Below, one piece after another: positions 21,685 to 35,054 of a stretch of DNA of 64,000 nt (its first letter is position 1; each line of letters starts with the position of its first letter). Made by a program: the position numbers and the translations under genes. The notes under the pieces are model-generated. The model did not search any database and was not told where the DNA came from. It saw only the letters and a list, made by a program, of their open reading frames with translations. This DNA is from Chiloscyllium plagiosum (taxonomy: Eukaryota). Location: contig NC_057742.1 in the NCBI RefSeq assembly GCF_004010195.1, forward strand, positions 4,582,478-4,646,477. Reading direction: 5' to 3'.

Positions 21685-24280
21685 AAGCCTCAAGGAAGCA
21701 TTAGGAGAAACACAGCAATGCAAAAGAAAAAATGTGAACATTATCTGGGAGCGCTGGAATAGTATTTGCATACATTTTCACGTCTTTGTGACACCCAACA
21801 ATTGTACTTGTCTACTCGGCAAACACAGAAAATCTCACAGGAAATGCAGTATCAAGGTGAAGATTTGGATTGTGTTTCTTTTTTTAACACCTTAGGCAGT
21901 TGAGTGAGGAAATCTGCCAGGATTGTAGGCTCTGAGACTCTTGTTAGTGACTGAAGAGAATACATTCTAAATGATGTAATGAATCCATTCTTTTTTACCA
22001 GACTTGTGAAATTTACTGTAAAATAATTTTAACAAAAATGAAACATCTTTGTTTATGCAAGCTTAACTTATTGCTGATCTCAGCACATACAAGACTAAGA
22101 TTAACTATTTTGACAAATTGTAGAACACATTTATGTCCAAATCTTAGTTTCTATGGTTTTGTTCTTAAGTTTTTGACACCATCTGCTCAGGATCTGCACA
22201 GTTTGGGAGAACAATTTCATTCAACATAGTCAGTTTAACATTTCAACCACATACAATATCAAGAACTTGCACTTACATAGACTTTAAGAGAGTGGTGGTT
22301 GTGTGCATGACACACATTCCATTGTTCTAGATATTGGAGCTCAGCACCAAAGGCAAGGTGACAGGGGAATGAGGGTTCATGACTTCACTGTTATGCTCTT
22401 TTCGCAAAAGGGCGGTGCCAATGGGGAAGAACCACCAAATGACTCTTCCCATGATACTCTGGAGATAGCTGGACCTTCCACTTCCACTCTGCCTACCACC
22501 TTTAGGCCTGTTGGAGATCAAGCCCAGGAGTGTGCCCCCTGCCTGTAGGCAGGACACTCTCAGTGTGTCTGGGTCCCCCCAGACACAAACACCGCCAGCT
22601 GTGGAACCCAGGACTGCACTGGGAACTAGTAGAAGGCATTGAAAGGAGACTTCCTGAGGCCGCTGAGGTGTCATGGTGACACATCAATGGCAATTCACTT
22701 TCATGTTTGTAAAACTCTGTTCATCTTTCTCCATCAGCTATGTGAGTGAAGGTCTGTCTATCTGCAACAGCAACATTGATGGTACAGGGCTCAGCCACAC
22801 CTTAATGCCACATGGTGTTCGATGGGCCACAGAGTGAAGACAGCAGCTCCTGCACCATGTTCACACTCTGAGTAAATGGCAGATGCTGGTTACTTTGACA
22901 ACTTGAGTCAATCTGCCTAAAGCACTACTATTTAGACAAGCAGGAGCTTGGAAGAACACAGCAAGCCCGGCAGCATCAGGAGGTGGAGAAGTCGATGTTT
23001 CAGGTATAACCCTTCTTAAGCATTCCTATAGCAGCACAGTCATTAGTGGAATCGATTCATAATGGCACAAGATATAGTCACAGCTGGCTAATGCTAAGGT
23101 TCACATGCTGTGTGTTGGTCTTGGTGAGTTTCTCCTGTACTATATGGGTGGACAGCCCTTGCTATTTACAGCACGATGAAGGAAACACCAGTCACTCCTC
23201 CAGCAATGAGTCTCAAGCTCAGCCTTTTGTTGAACCCTCAAATATAAATATTTCCTTATCAGTAACTCTCACTGTCGACTCCTTCAACTTGGAAGTTCCA
23301 CAAGTCCTCATCCAACCATCTATTGGGATCTTCATCATCCACTTTACGTCCCTGAGTCCCAGGCATATTAAGTAAATACAGCAGTGCACCTTCCCCTCTA
23401 GCTGCTGCTGCCTGTGGATGGTTGCTCCTCCCTTATTACTCCATTCCCTTCCATGCTCTATCATCTCTCCAATACAGAGTTGCTATCTTAATTATTGCAA
23501 TTCCCTCTGCATCCCTGCATTCCAATCCCCACATTAATAAAACTGCATCCAGCTACCACTCATAAATACACCAAAGAATGCCTTGCAATTGAAAAGAAAC
23601 TTACAATATTTCCATTTGGACTAATTATGGAAGATGCTATAGTGGTTATTATTTTTATTGGAGCTCCTGTGGAATTTCCTAATTGCACCCAAACTGGCAG
23701 CATTCCCCATTGTTCATTTCTCATTGCCTCGGTAATGTTGACTTAGTTCCATTCAGCATGTTGACTGGGTGACTATTCAATGTGTGAGAGCTGAGTGAAT
23801 GGAGAGACAGTGCAGCCATTATAGCTGCATTCAGCCTGAAGCCTGTCAATGACCAACAGATGAATCAGGTTAACGTTAAAATCAGGAACCATCAACAACA
23901 TTTTCCTTCTTCACTGATCTGTGTTCAGTTCAGCATGGGGTTAAGACGACTTCACCCTAGAATCAAAGCCAGATGCACTGAATGAACTATGAGGAAGAAG
24001 TTTTCCAACTCTAAAATATCACCATCCTTTGCTGGCCTCAGTGTATTTACTGCTGAAAACCCCATTCACAGAAATACTGAGCTATTATGGTGCAGAAGGA
24101 TGCAATTCAGCCCAATATTATTGCACTGGCTTGTTAAATGATCATCACAACCTCATGCCAATCTTCAGCTTCTTCCTCCATGCCTTTGCACATTGTTCCT
24201 TTCCAAATAATCATCCAATGTCCTCTTGAATTCTACAATTGAACCTGCTTCCACCACATTCCCAAGCAGTGCATTCAATT

Positions 24281-24585
24281 CCATACAGTATGGAAACAGG
24301 CCCTTCAGCCCAACAAGTCCACACTGACTCTCCAAAGAATAACCCACCCAGACCCATTCCCCTACCCTATATTTACCCCTGACCAATGTACCTATCACTA
24401 TGGGCAGTTTAACATGACCTATTCACCTGGCCTGCACATCTTTGGATTGTGGGAGGAAACCAGAGCATACCCACGCAGACACGGGGAGAATGTGCAAACT
24501 CCATACAGTCGCCCAAAGGGGGAATCGAACTTGGGTCCTTGGCATTGTGAAGCATTAGTGCTAACCACTGAGCCACTGTGCCACC
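24281..24585 (-). mobile_element. HE1 (V-SINE) nested in a degraded minus-strand CR1 fragment (about 24065-25160)
   Basis: HE1 head/V-domain in reverse (ctaaccactgagccactgtgcc; acggggagaatgtgcaaactcc). CR1 peptides NALLGNVVEAGS (left) and LKKLGLFSLKRRRQRGD (right) flank it. Confidence 0.82.
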
Positions 24586-25733
24586 TCATTTGGTGAGTGC
24601 CGACTTTTGGTGAGTGAAAGTGTTTTTTCCCACTTCACTCTCGTTTGTTTTGCAGATCACTTGAAATCTGCATCTTCATGTTCTTGTTCCTTTTATAATT
24701 GGAACAGTCTGTCTGTCTAGTCCTCTCATGATTTTCTTTGGATCTCCTCTTTGCCTTCTTCTCTTCAAGGAGAACAGTCCTAACTTCTTCAATCTAGGCA
24801 AATAACTGAAGTTTCTCTTCATTGGAACCATACATGTGGACTGCTTTTGCAATCGCTCTTTTATATTCACATCCTTCCTATAATGTAGTGCCTAGAACTG
24901 TACACAATACTCCAGTTGAGGTCCAATGAGTGCCTTGTACAAGTTCAATGTCACCTCATTCTGAAGAATAATCACTGGACTCGAAAGGTTAACTCTACTT
25001 TCTCTTCACAGATGCTGCCAGACCTACTGGGTTTGTCCAGTAATTTCTGATTTTGTTGCAGCATCACTCCCTCCTTTTGTCTATGTCCCATTAATAAAGT
25101 ATGCTTTATTTACTGGTCTCTTTACTGTCCTAACATTTTCAACCACCTGTGCACATATGCAGTCATGGTAACAGATCCTTCAATCCAACCAATCTATGCC
25201 GACCATAATCCTAATCTAAACTAGTCACACCTGCTTGCTTCTTCCTATTAAGGTCATCACCTCACACTTCTCTGCATCAGAACTTTATCTGCCAACTCTA
25301 CCACCTTGTATCTACCCTTCAGTATCCATTCATACCTTTGTTATTCCTACAAACTCCTGGCTGATCTTATATCTTGCAGCCACAATAAACATGACCTCAT
25401 CCAAAACTCTGCTGCTACTGTTTATGTTCTAATGTCCTTATATCATGACTTGCAAACATCAATCCTGTGACCTATTTTGGCTTTTGGTCCAGTAATTTTA
25501 AATTCTCATCCCTGTTTTTAAATTCTTCCATGGTCTTGTTCCTTCCTGAACTCCCTGTAACCTTCACTCACTTCACCAGTCTCTGCAGTCTCTGCTTCTT
25601 CGATCCTAATCTTTTGCACATCTCAATTTTAATTTTTCCACCATTAGTTACTGTGGATTCAGCTGATGACATCCTAATCTCTGTAATCTTCTCATAATCT
25701 CTCTACTTCTTTAAAATCTAACACTTACAAATA

Positions 25734-25870
25734 CAGAGGAACCTCGATTATCTGAATTTGGATTATCTGGCAAGATTGCAAGGTCCCGATATTTGGTTAA
25801 TTTGTGTTATCCAGATTTGATTAACCAAACAAAATACTCCCCACCCGTGTCATTCAGATAATCAAGGCTG
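25734..25870. mobile_element. Tigger/pogo-like MITE remnant
   Basis: TA|CAGAGGAACCTCGATTATCTGAA ... TTCAGATAATCAAGG-CTG|TA; imperfect TIR with TA flanks. Confidence 0.65.
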
Positions 25871-26061
25871 TACTGGTCACATGCTTCCTGCATGACATGG
25901 AATCAGATTGAATACTGTATTCTGTGAAGAGCCAAGGTTGGCAATGCTAAAGGTGTTGCAAAATTGCAGTTCTGTATAAACTTCGAGACAATGAATGTTT
26001 TTCTCCAAATTAATTGGAAGGGAAAGAATCCATTTTTAAAAGAGGTTGCATTTTAAAAGAA

Positions 26062-26355
26062 GGGCAGCATGGTGGCTCAGTGGTTAGCACGGATGCCTCA
26101 TAGCGCCAGGGTCCCAGGTTCAATTCCAGCCTCGGGCGACTGTCTGTGTGGAGTTTGCACGTCCTCCCATGTCTGCGTGGGTTTCCTCCTGCAGTCCAAA
26201 GATGTGCGAGTCAGGTGAATTGGCCATATTAAATTGCCCATAGTGTTAGGTGCATTAGTCAGAGGGAAATGGGTCTGGGTGGGTTACTCTTCGGAGGGTT
26301 GGTGTAGACTGATTGGGCCGAAGGGCCTGTTTCCACACTGTATGGAATCTAATCT
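26062..26355 (+). mobile_element. HE1 (V-SINE), full length
   Basis: gggcagcatggtggctcagtggttagcac..ggttcaattcc..ctgtctgtgtggagtttgcacgt..gggccgaagggcctgtttccacactgta..tctaatct. Confidence 0.9.
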
Positions 26356-27086
26356 TTTCACATTTTGTTAAGTGTAGATTGATCTTTGGTGAGTTGCATT
26401 TCCAGTTTGTGCCAGCAGAGGTGCCATAGAGGTACCATTTCCAGTGTGAGAAAGAGCTGGGATATATTGTACTGCACAAACTGCTTAACGTTTTCGAGGT
26501 GTGATCTGGTTAGTTAGTTAGCATTTGATGATTTTGAAAACAAACTCTACTGTCCAAACTTAGTGAGTGTTGAATACCTCTGTTTAATTAGATGACTGAA
26601 TGCTTCATTTTATTATTTTCTAGTTTTGTTCTGAGAAACAGCTAACAAATAAAATTATGTGTATTTCATAGCTCTCAGAGCCAATATTGCAAATTGAGTC
26701 AGGCAAAGAGGTAATTTTGAGAGCAATGAGCAGGAAATCATTGACAGTAATGCCTCAGATTTGTGATTTGGCATCAGATGATGTTTCTGACAAAATTGCC
26801 TCCAAGTTTTCTCATTGCATTCTGAGCTGTTGTGCTTTATTTCTAACACTCCTAGGAGCCTGTTGGGACTCGTGGGATGGGAAATTTTGGAAACATAAAA
26901 AAGACTAGAATGAAACAATCTAGAAAAAATACATACAACACAGGTACCAAAAATTTTAAAACAATGTACGTTTTGCAACAGAATTTCTTTTAAACACTGT
27001 AAGTGAAGTTTTAGGTTGGTTTCCATTCTAAGTCACTTGTTAACTGCAAATAGGCACCTCTGAATAGTCTAGAAGACAGAATGGTC

Positions 27087-27220
27087 CGGGAGTGTTTGAT
27101 GGGACACGGTTGAAGGATCTTTCAGTTTAAACGAGTACAGGAAGCTTTACTCTGTACCTAACCCCCACTGTACCTGTCCTGGGAGTAACTGATGGGGATA
27201 GTGTCGAGAGTGCTTTACTT
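27087..27220 (+). repeat. Two degraded units of a short tandem-type shark repeat
   Basis: gggagtgtttgatgggac and gggagtaactgatggggatagtgt, with agctttactctgtacctaaccc..ctgtacctgtcct between; an inverse fragment lies at about 2490-2530. Confidence 0.45.
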
Positions 27221-27284
27221 TTCATTTACGTTTAGGTTATTAAACTAGAGGGCAGTATGGATATGGAGTGTGGTTTAGGTTGCC

Positions 27285-28560
27285 ATAGAGTCATAGAGCT
27301 GTACAGCATGGAAACAGGCGCTTGAGTCCAACCCGTCCATGCTGACCAGATATCCTGAGTTAATCTAATCTCATTTGCCAACATTTGGCTTATATCACCA
27401 AGACCCTTCCTATTCATATACCCATCCAGATGCCTTTTGAATTTTGTAATTGTACCAGACTCCACCACTTCCTGTGGCAGCTTATTCCATACACACACCA
27501 CCTTCTGTGTGAAAAAGTTACCCTTTTGTCCCTTTAAAATCTTTCCTCTCTCATCTTAAACCTATGCCCTCTAGTTTTGGACTCCTCCCACCCTGGGAAA
27601 AAGACATTGGCTATTTACACTATCCATACCCCTCATAATTTTGTAAACCTCTATAAGGTCACCCCTCAGCCTCCGATGTCCCAGGGAAAACAGCCCCAGC
27701 CTATTCAACCTCTCCCTATAGCTCAAATCCTCCAACCCTGACAACATCCTTGTAAATCCTTTCTGCACCCTTTCAAGTTTCACAACATCCTTCAGATAGG
27801 AGGGAGACCACAATTGAATGCAGTATTTCAAAAGTGGCCTAACCAATGTCCTGTACAGCTGCAACATGACTCCCAACTCCTGTACTCAATGCTTTGACCA
27901 ATAAAGGAAAGCATATCAAAATACCTTCTTCACTATCCTATCTACCTGCGACTCCATTTTCAAGGAGCTATGAACCTGCACTCCAAGGTCTCTTTGTTTA
28001 GCAACATTCCCCAGGATCTAATTATTAGGTTTGCCTGATTTGCCTTTCCAAAATGCAGCACCTCACATTTATCTGAATTAAACTCCATCTGCCATTCCTA
28101 GGCCCATCAACCCATCTGATCAGGATCCTGTTGTAATCTGAGATAACCTTCTTCATATCCACTACACCACCAATTTTGGTGTCACCTGCAAACCTACTAA
28201 CCGTATCTCCTATGTTCACATACAAATCATTTACATAAATGATGAAAAGCAGTGGACCCAGCACCGATTCTTGTGGCAGACCGCAGGTCACAGGCCTCCA
28301 GTCTGAAAAGCAACCCTCCACCACCACCCTCTGTCTACTACCTTTGAGCCAGCTTTGTATCCAAATAGCTAGTTCTCCCTGTATTCCAAATGAGCTAATC
28401 TTGCTAACCAGTCTCCCATAAGGAACTTTGTCAAATGCCTTACTGAAGTCCATATGTACAATGTCCACTACTCTGCCCTCATCAACCCTATTTGTTACTT
28501 CTTCAAAACACTCAATTAAGTTAGTGAGACACAATTTCCCACACACTTAATCAGTCCTTG
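27285..28560 (-). mobile_element. CR1/HER1 LINE, 5'-truncated about 1.3 kb
   Basis: ORFs 28025-28546 (CLTNLIECFEEVT..DFSKAFDKVPY..GLPQESVLGPLLF), 27571-27876 and 27232-27501; same subfamily as 15418-17250. Confidence 0.92.
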
Positions 28561-29689
28561 CCTATCCTGCTTATGTTCCTGGATTTTCATTCTTTGACCC
28601 CTGCCTCCAAATGCTCCTCTTGGTAAAAGAGCCCTAAACGCCAATATTTCTGCAGTAAATAAGTTAAAATGTTTGAAGCAATTGACAATAAGTAATAAGT
28701 TTTTAAAGACTTTAAGGGTTTTCTCTTGAGTGTTGCTCACAGCAATTGTCTTCGTTAATTGTCAATCTCTGGACCCTGAATGTGAGCAAACAATGGTCAG
28801 GCAGCCGCAATAGCACAGTTGACATCTTAAGGAAGTGATGGAGTGAGCTGCAAACTCCCCTCAGGAATTATAACTGACATTTGCTGCAAATTTACTTTTT
28901 CAAGCTGAACTACAGATCTCAATTGGTTATTTACTCCATTTGCATTATTTTCAAGTGTGTCAGTAAAATGTTTTCAAAAGTTATTGTAACATTTATCAAA
29001 ACAAAATTACTAAACATAGAAATACCCAACAGAAAACTTTACAGTCTATAACAAAAATGACATATTTATATAGCACCTTTGAAATGGGAAGATGTCCCAA
29101 GGTGCTTCAAATTAATAGCAAGAAATCAAGGAATGATTCTAAAGTAAAATGGGTTAAATTATGAAGATAGGTTGCATAGATTACAATTGTATTCCCTTGA
29201 GTATTGAGGATTAAGCAGTGGGTTTTGGGTGCATTTAAGCTAATTGAATGAGTGGTTATGATAGAGTAATGAGGTCTTGAGACATAGTACTTTCCATCCC
29301 TGCCCCCAGAGCCAGAGGTTGCAAGTTCAAGTCCCCCTTCAGGACTTGATGGCAAGGATGTAGCCAATCGGGTTAATAATCAAACTGTGTATCTTTTCAA
29401 TCAGTGCCAATAGCAGTTCCTGATCAGCCAAGTGGATGGGAAGGAAATTGGTGCTTTGCCATTGCTGTTCATAGCCCAGGCTGCGGCAGCACGTAAAGAT
29501 GGATGTTTTGAGCAGTGTCGGGGAAAGCTGTTGGTTGGATGATTGATGTGGATCAGATTGGTGGTAACAGCATGACGTTCAATCCCTGTCCTAGTTGGGG
29601 CACACCCAGGACCTGCCTCCTTCCCCGTGGCAGGACAGTGGATTGGATTTACTGAACAAGGAAAGTCTTGGAGGTAACAGAGGCTGGTT

Positions 29690-29862
29690 CATGTGTAGAA
29701 TGAGCTGCTGGAGGAAGTGGTAGATGCTGGTAAAGTTACAACATTTAAAAGACGCGAATAAGAAATGCAGGAAGGTGGGATTAGTTTACTTTGGGAAACT
29801 TGGTCAGCGTGGACACGTTGGACTGAAGGGTCTGTTTCCATGCTGTATGGCTCTATGACTGT
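29690..29862 (+). mobile_element. CR1/HER1 3' tail fragment
   Basis: aatgagctgctggaggaagtggtagatgctggta..ggacacgttggactgaagggtctgtttccatgctgtatggctctatgact. Confidence 0.75.
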
Positions 29863-29952
29863 ATAAACTTTCAAACTTCCCTTTAGTGGGGAGCAGGGAA
29901 CAAAAGGGTGTGTGGGCACAGGATGGTTTCAAGAAGCATATATTTTAAATAA

Positions 29953-30281
29953 TTCATTCACAGGATGTGGGTGTCACTTGTAATGTCAATGTTTATTGCC
30001 CATCCCTCATTGTTCAGAGGGCAGTTAAAAGTCAACCACATTGCTGTATATGTAGAATTGCATGTTGGCCAGACCAGGTAAGGCTGGCAGATTTCCTTCC
30101 CTGAAGGACATTAAAGATCCAGATGGATCAATTGTCTCAATTAGACCAGTTTTTAATTCCAGGCATTATTGAGTCGAGATTTCACCATCTGCCGTCACCA
30201 TCAAACCCATGTTCTACAGAATATTGACCTGGGGCTCTGGATTATTAGTCCAGTGACATAACTACTAAACCATCACCTTCC
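29953..30281 (-). mobile_element. tRNA-derived SINE, second family
   Basis: agagggcagttaaaagtcaaccacattgctg..cagaccaggtaaggctggcagatttccttccctgaaggacatt..tctggattattagtccagtgaca; homologous to 39075-39432. Confidence 0.7.
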
Positions 30282-32739
30282 CTGAACCTCCTCAAATCTG
30301 GAACTCTTCCCTCCCCAAAAAACAATGGAGGCTGAGGGTTAATTTAACATTTCAAACCTGAAATGGATAGAATGTTAAGAGGCAAGGGAATTAATGATTT
30401 GGGAATAAAAACAATGAATTGAAGATGTGGGAAATCTGAAATAAAAGGAGAAAGTACTTGGGAAGCTTGATGTCTGGCAGCATCATTGGTGAATTAACGT
30501 TTTGGATCCAGTGATCCTTTTAAACTCAAAACATTAACTCCATTTCTCTCTCTCCAGTCCCTAGAAGACTTGTTGAGTTTCTCCAGCTCTTTCCGCTTTT
30601 GGTAAAGGCTTTGAAACCAAGGTTGGTAAGTACAGGCAAATTGCAGATCAACCATAATGTAATTTAATGGCAGAATAGGCACAGGGTGGGGCTGGCCTGA
30701 ATAGGCTAATCCTCTGCTTAAATTAAAATAAAACAAAGAACTCCAGAGGCTGGAAATCTGAAATACAAAGAGAATTTGCTGGAGAACCTCAGCAGATCTG
30801 GCAGCATCTGTGGAGAGAAAACAGCGTTAATGTTTCAGGTCCAGTGATATTTCTTCAGAAGGTCCTGCTTTCTCTTCACAGATGCCTCATCCTAAGTTGC
30901 TACTTTTAGATACTGAAAATAAATATAGTCCTCAGATCAATTTGAAAGATCAAAGAGTGTTACAGAGCACAACAAGCATAAGAAAACGTTGAGGAAACTA
31001 AAATGTAACGGAATGAAAGTCAAAGAAGAACAGTTTTTACAGAAAGTGAGACAGAATACAGTGCCTTCAACCAGTAAATGGTTATTGTTTGTGTTAGGAA
31101 GAAGCTGACCAAGCAATTGGCTCTTTGCTAAAGTTAGAAATGGAATCAGTCTCTTGAGGGAAGCTCAGGCAAGTGAAAAGCTCTGTCACACTGAAGTACT
31201 GAATGGTGCAGAGTCAGCAGTGAGATTAAGGTGCTGCTGTCAAACCAGTCCCCAGTGCATTCAGGCAACTCTGCAACAAGCAGTGTATTTTAGCAGCATT
31301 TTATGGTACAGATTGGGACGCAGGACACTGAAATCTGAACCAGAGTGAAATATATTTAGAACAGACATCAGGGATAAATGCTATAAACTCAAAGGTTGAT
31401 AAATATTTGCAAAAATATCAGACAGGATGGTAGAAAAAAATTTATGCCTACTTAAACATTGTTTAGAACTCCAAGATTTCCATAGCACTTTATAACCAAC
31501 GAAATACTTTTTGACACATGCCATGTGGAAATGACAGCAGTTAATTTGAACACTACAAGTTCCTAAAAACAATAAATGATAATAGACAGTCACGGCAGAA
31601 CCTTATAGGGTCCGATCTACATGGGGTATGGCGAGATTTGTGGGAGAATCAGACAAAAACACCAGCGAGGCCCAATAGACAATAGGAACACCTCGCTCCA
31701 TCTTTTATGCTTTCCACAAGCAGCATGCTTCTCAATAGACAGCCATGAGCAGCCAATTAAAGAGGATTTTTGTTTGTTAAACATCTTGCTAACAGCCCAA
31801 TTCACCTCATTAATATGCAGCTTCCTGTCTCACCAAAATTGCCAATCAAATTATACATCGAACATTTTTGCCATGGAAACCACAACAGGTACCTGGAAAC
31901 TTCAGATTGCCTCTTGCTCTGAAGGATCTCCCTGTTGCTTGGGATCAAACAGTACGATCCACAGGCACCACGCGAACGTAGCCCTCATCCATGGATGTTG
32001 GTATTGGGCATCTGCTAATCTAATGTAACCATCATGGCATCTCTCTGATCCACTTGCAGGTCATTCACAAAGCACAGACTTGTATTTCAGGGCTCACCAG
32101 TAGCTCAAATTGAAAGGCTACTGCACGGTCACTATGCGCACACAGACTGATGCCCAGCTCACGGATTGACCAGCCTGCATCTCGGGGCTCCTTTCATGCT
32201 CTGTTAATGCCCAGCGCATGCCCACAGCATCCTTGCTTTGCCATGCTGTGCAGTGCCTGTTAGCAAATTTGGTGCTTCTGAGAGAATCAAAGGCTATCAG
32301 TTCAGTCGAATTGAAGTCCTCTTTAGTGCAGGCACATAGACAGGCTGCTTGTAAGTAGGGGACATGTATGAAGTGGATGGACATCTTACTGCATGGCACA
32401 CATTAGACATCAATTTAACGCCGACAGAATGTGCCAGCTGTCTGCTTGGTAAACACACTAAGCACTCATTCAACCAAATGGCCATGTCGGAAACCAGTGT
32501 AGGCCAGGCCTCAGTCCAAAAAAGAGACAAAAGCAGACTGTCAGTCTGGAGTTCCCAATAACAACAGTCCAGTCTGCACACTGGTTCAGAAGGAGGGTTA
32601 CTGGACTTGAAACATTAACTCTGTTTTTCTCTCCAGTGATGCTGCCAGACCTGCTGAGGTTCTCCAGCAATTTCTGTTTTTGCTTGTTTCAGATCTCCAG
32701 CATCTGCAATTCTTTGTTTTATGTCAGCCTCATGAGTCT

Positions 32740-33240
32740 CTTATGTGCTGCCTCCAGTGACAATATATCCTTTCTGAAATATGATGATGAAAACTGTGCA
32801 CAGTACTCTAGGTGTGACCTCATCAACACACTGTACAGTTTTAACAAGAATCCCTTTTATAAACTCTGACCCCGAGCAAAAAAGGCCAAAGTTTCATTGG
32901 TCTCCTTAATTCCTTGCTGCATGAGCACCCTAATGTTTTATGTTTGAAACACAAGAATCCCCAGATTCCCCCTGAAATGCACCTTTTTGGAGTCTCTCTC
33001 CATTTAAACAGTCGCCTGACTTCTGATCAATGTGCATGACCTCACAATTTTCTTTATTAAACTCCTTCTAACAAAGCTGTGCCCAGTTACTCAAATTATT
33101 TAACTCCCATTGCAGGTTCCTATGCCCTCTATGACTCATCACAACATCCCCATCCCTTATTTTTGTGTGTTCTGGCCCCTCCTCCAAGTTATGAATATTG
33201 ATGGTAAATAATTGATGCCCTAGCACTGATCCCTGCGGCT
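32740..33240 (-). mobile_element. Degraded CR1-like RT fragment
   Basis: aaactgtgcacagtactctaggtgtgacct (reverse RSHLEYCAQF) and cctagcactgatccctgcgg (reverse PQGSVLG). Confidence 0.65.
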
Positions 33241-35054
33241 GATATCATTGAGATGTGGGTGACAGCAAAACTATCAATGTATGTTACAAAGTAAAAAAAA
33301 AAGAAGCATTTTGAGATGTTCAACCTGTCAAGATGGTAATAATATTACAATATATATTAAAATATCAAGCAGTAACACTCCCCTGAAGTCTTTAGATACT
33401 TTGTTATGTTAAAGACTTTAACTATGCTGTTCCTGCAGCTGTAAAAGATCATATGGTACTATTCGACAAAAAGAGGAGTTCTCTCAGGTGTTCTGATCAA
33501 TATTTATTGCTAAACATTGCTCAAAACATATTATTTGGCCATTACGGCTTTTTTGCTTATGAACAATTTTTGCAGGCAAATCAGTTGCAACATTTTCTAC
33601 ATTATGGCTGTATTTAATTTGATTTGAAGAGCTTTGAGATGCTAATCCCCTTTTTGTGATGTTGTGAATAGAGGTTGCATTCCACTCCAACGTTTGGAAG
33701 GAACAGATGGATCTGTTTCAGCTCCCTAAAGACAAAGTACTTCTGCCTGTCCAGATGTAGTTGCACTTATTGTTAATATGCTCTTCTTGCTAAATAAGAG
33801 CAATGCTCCTTCTCTGTAGATACTCTACAATAGTGTATCCTCAACTACTAATCACTAGTTGGGCCCAAGACAGAGGAGGAGACAGCAGTGAACTACCTCA
33901 AGCAACTCTTACTCGGCGCCACATGCTGGTGGAGGTGGGAAATACCACCAAGTGCCAATGGTGGTCATCTGGGGAAATATGACAGTGATGTTCCCATGTG
34001 TCCGTTGCCCTTTACCTTCTTGGGGACAGAGTTTGCAGGTTTGGGAGGCGTTACCAAAAGAGAATTGCTGAGTTGCTGGCGAGTTAACAAAAGGTAGGCA
34101 GAGCCAGGGAGATGTATTTAAAAACTTTTCTCAGTTCATTAAATGCATTAAGTCATCCTAAACAATTAGAAAAGCATTAACATTTTTAAAAAGGTCAGCA
34201 ATATATTCCTGAGAATTATCTGCCCATATGATCGACATCAATAATACAACAAAAGTCTGAGAATCATTTAAAGAGAATTTGAAAACATAACAACAGTTGA
34301 GGCAATCATTCCAAGTCAACATCAACTTATGAACAGCAGGTTACTGTCTAACAAATTTAATGGAATACTTCTGAGGCTAGAATTGAATTGGAAGCATATA
34401 ATGTTATTGTTATTAGATATCTGATCCTCAGAATGCATTTGAAAAGATCTGTCACAGGAAATTTATGACTAAAATGAAAGGAAGCTATCAATCTGTGTCC
34501 ACATTTGGTAAATAACGAAAGAGAATTCAAAGCAATGTATAAGCTAATTGGCCAGGTTTTGACCATAAATTATGTAAGAAGCTGCTCTAAGATCTCACTT
34601 GTTTACATTTTAATGAACGTAATTAAAAGTTCTGTGTTGAAACAAGAACGTTAGAAGATTTTCTGTTCTTCATTTTAATGAATGTAAAATAATGGTGAGT
34701 GGCGCCTGTGATTTTTCTGCTATTTGCTCTCAGTGAATGAGATTCCCCACAGGGATAATCATTTCTAAAATCCACACTATTCAATGAATTCATTCAAAAT
34801 AATGATAAAAACATGGACCTAGTGCACTCCACAGTAAGAAAAGGTTGGGAAATCAGTTTTATGATGTTACAGCTTTTACCCCAAGCCTGATTCCTCTTAT
34901 GATCAATTTTCGCTGAGGACCAGTGGGTGTTGATTAGTGCCCAGACCCATTGATTTCCAATTCCAGACCTCAGAAGTTTGTGTAGCAGCAGCAAAAATGA
35001 GAGGGAATGTGGGTTATCATCCCATCTGATGTTATCACTGGACAAGTAGATTTG

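Noticed and set aside
26062-26135. tRNA-like A/B-box sequences (here and in other copies)
   Set aside because: These are SINE heads continuing into HE1 or other SINE bodies, not tRNA genes.
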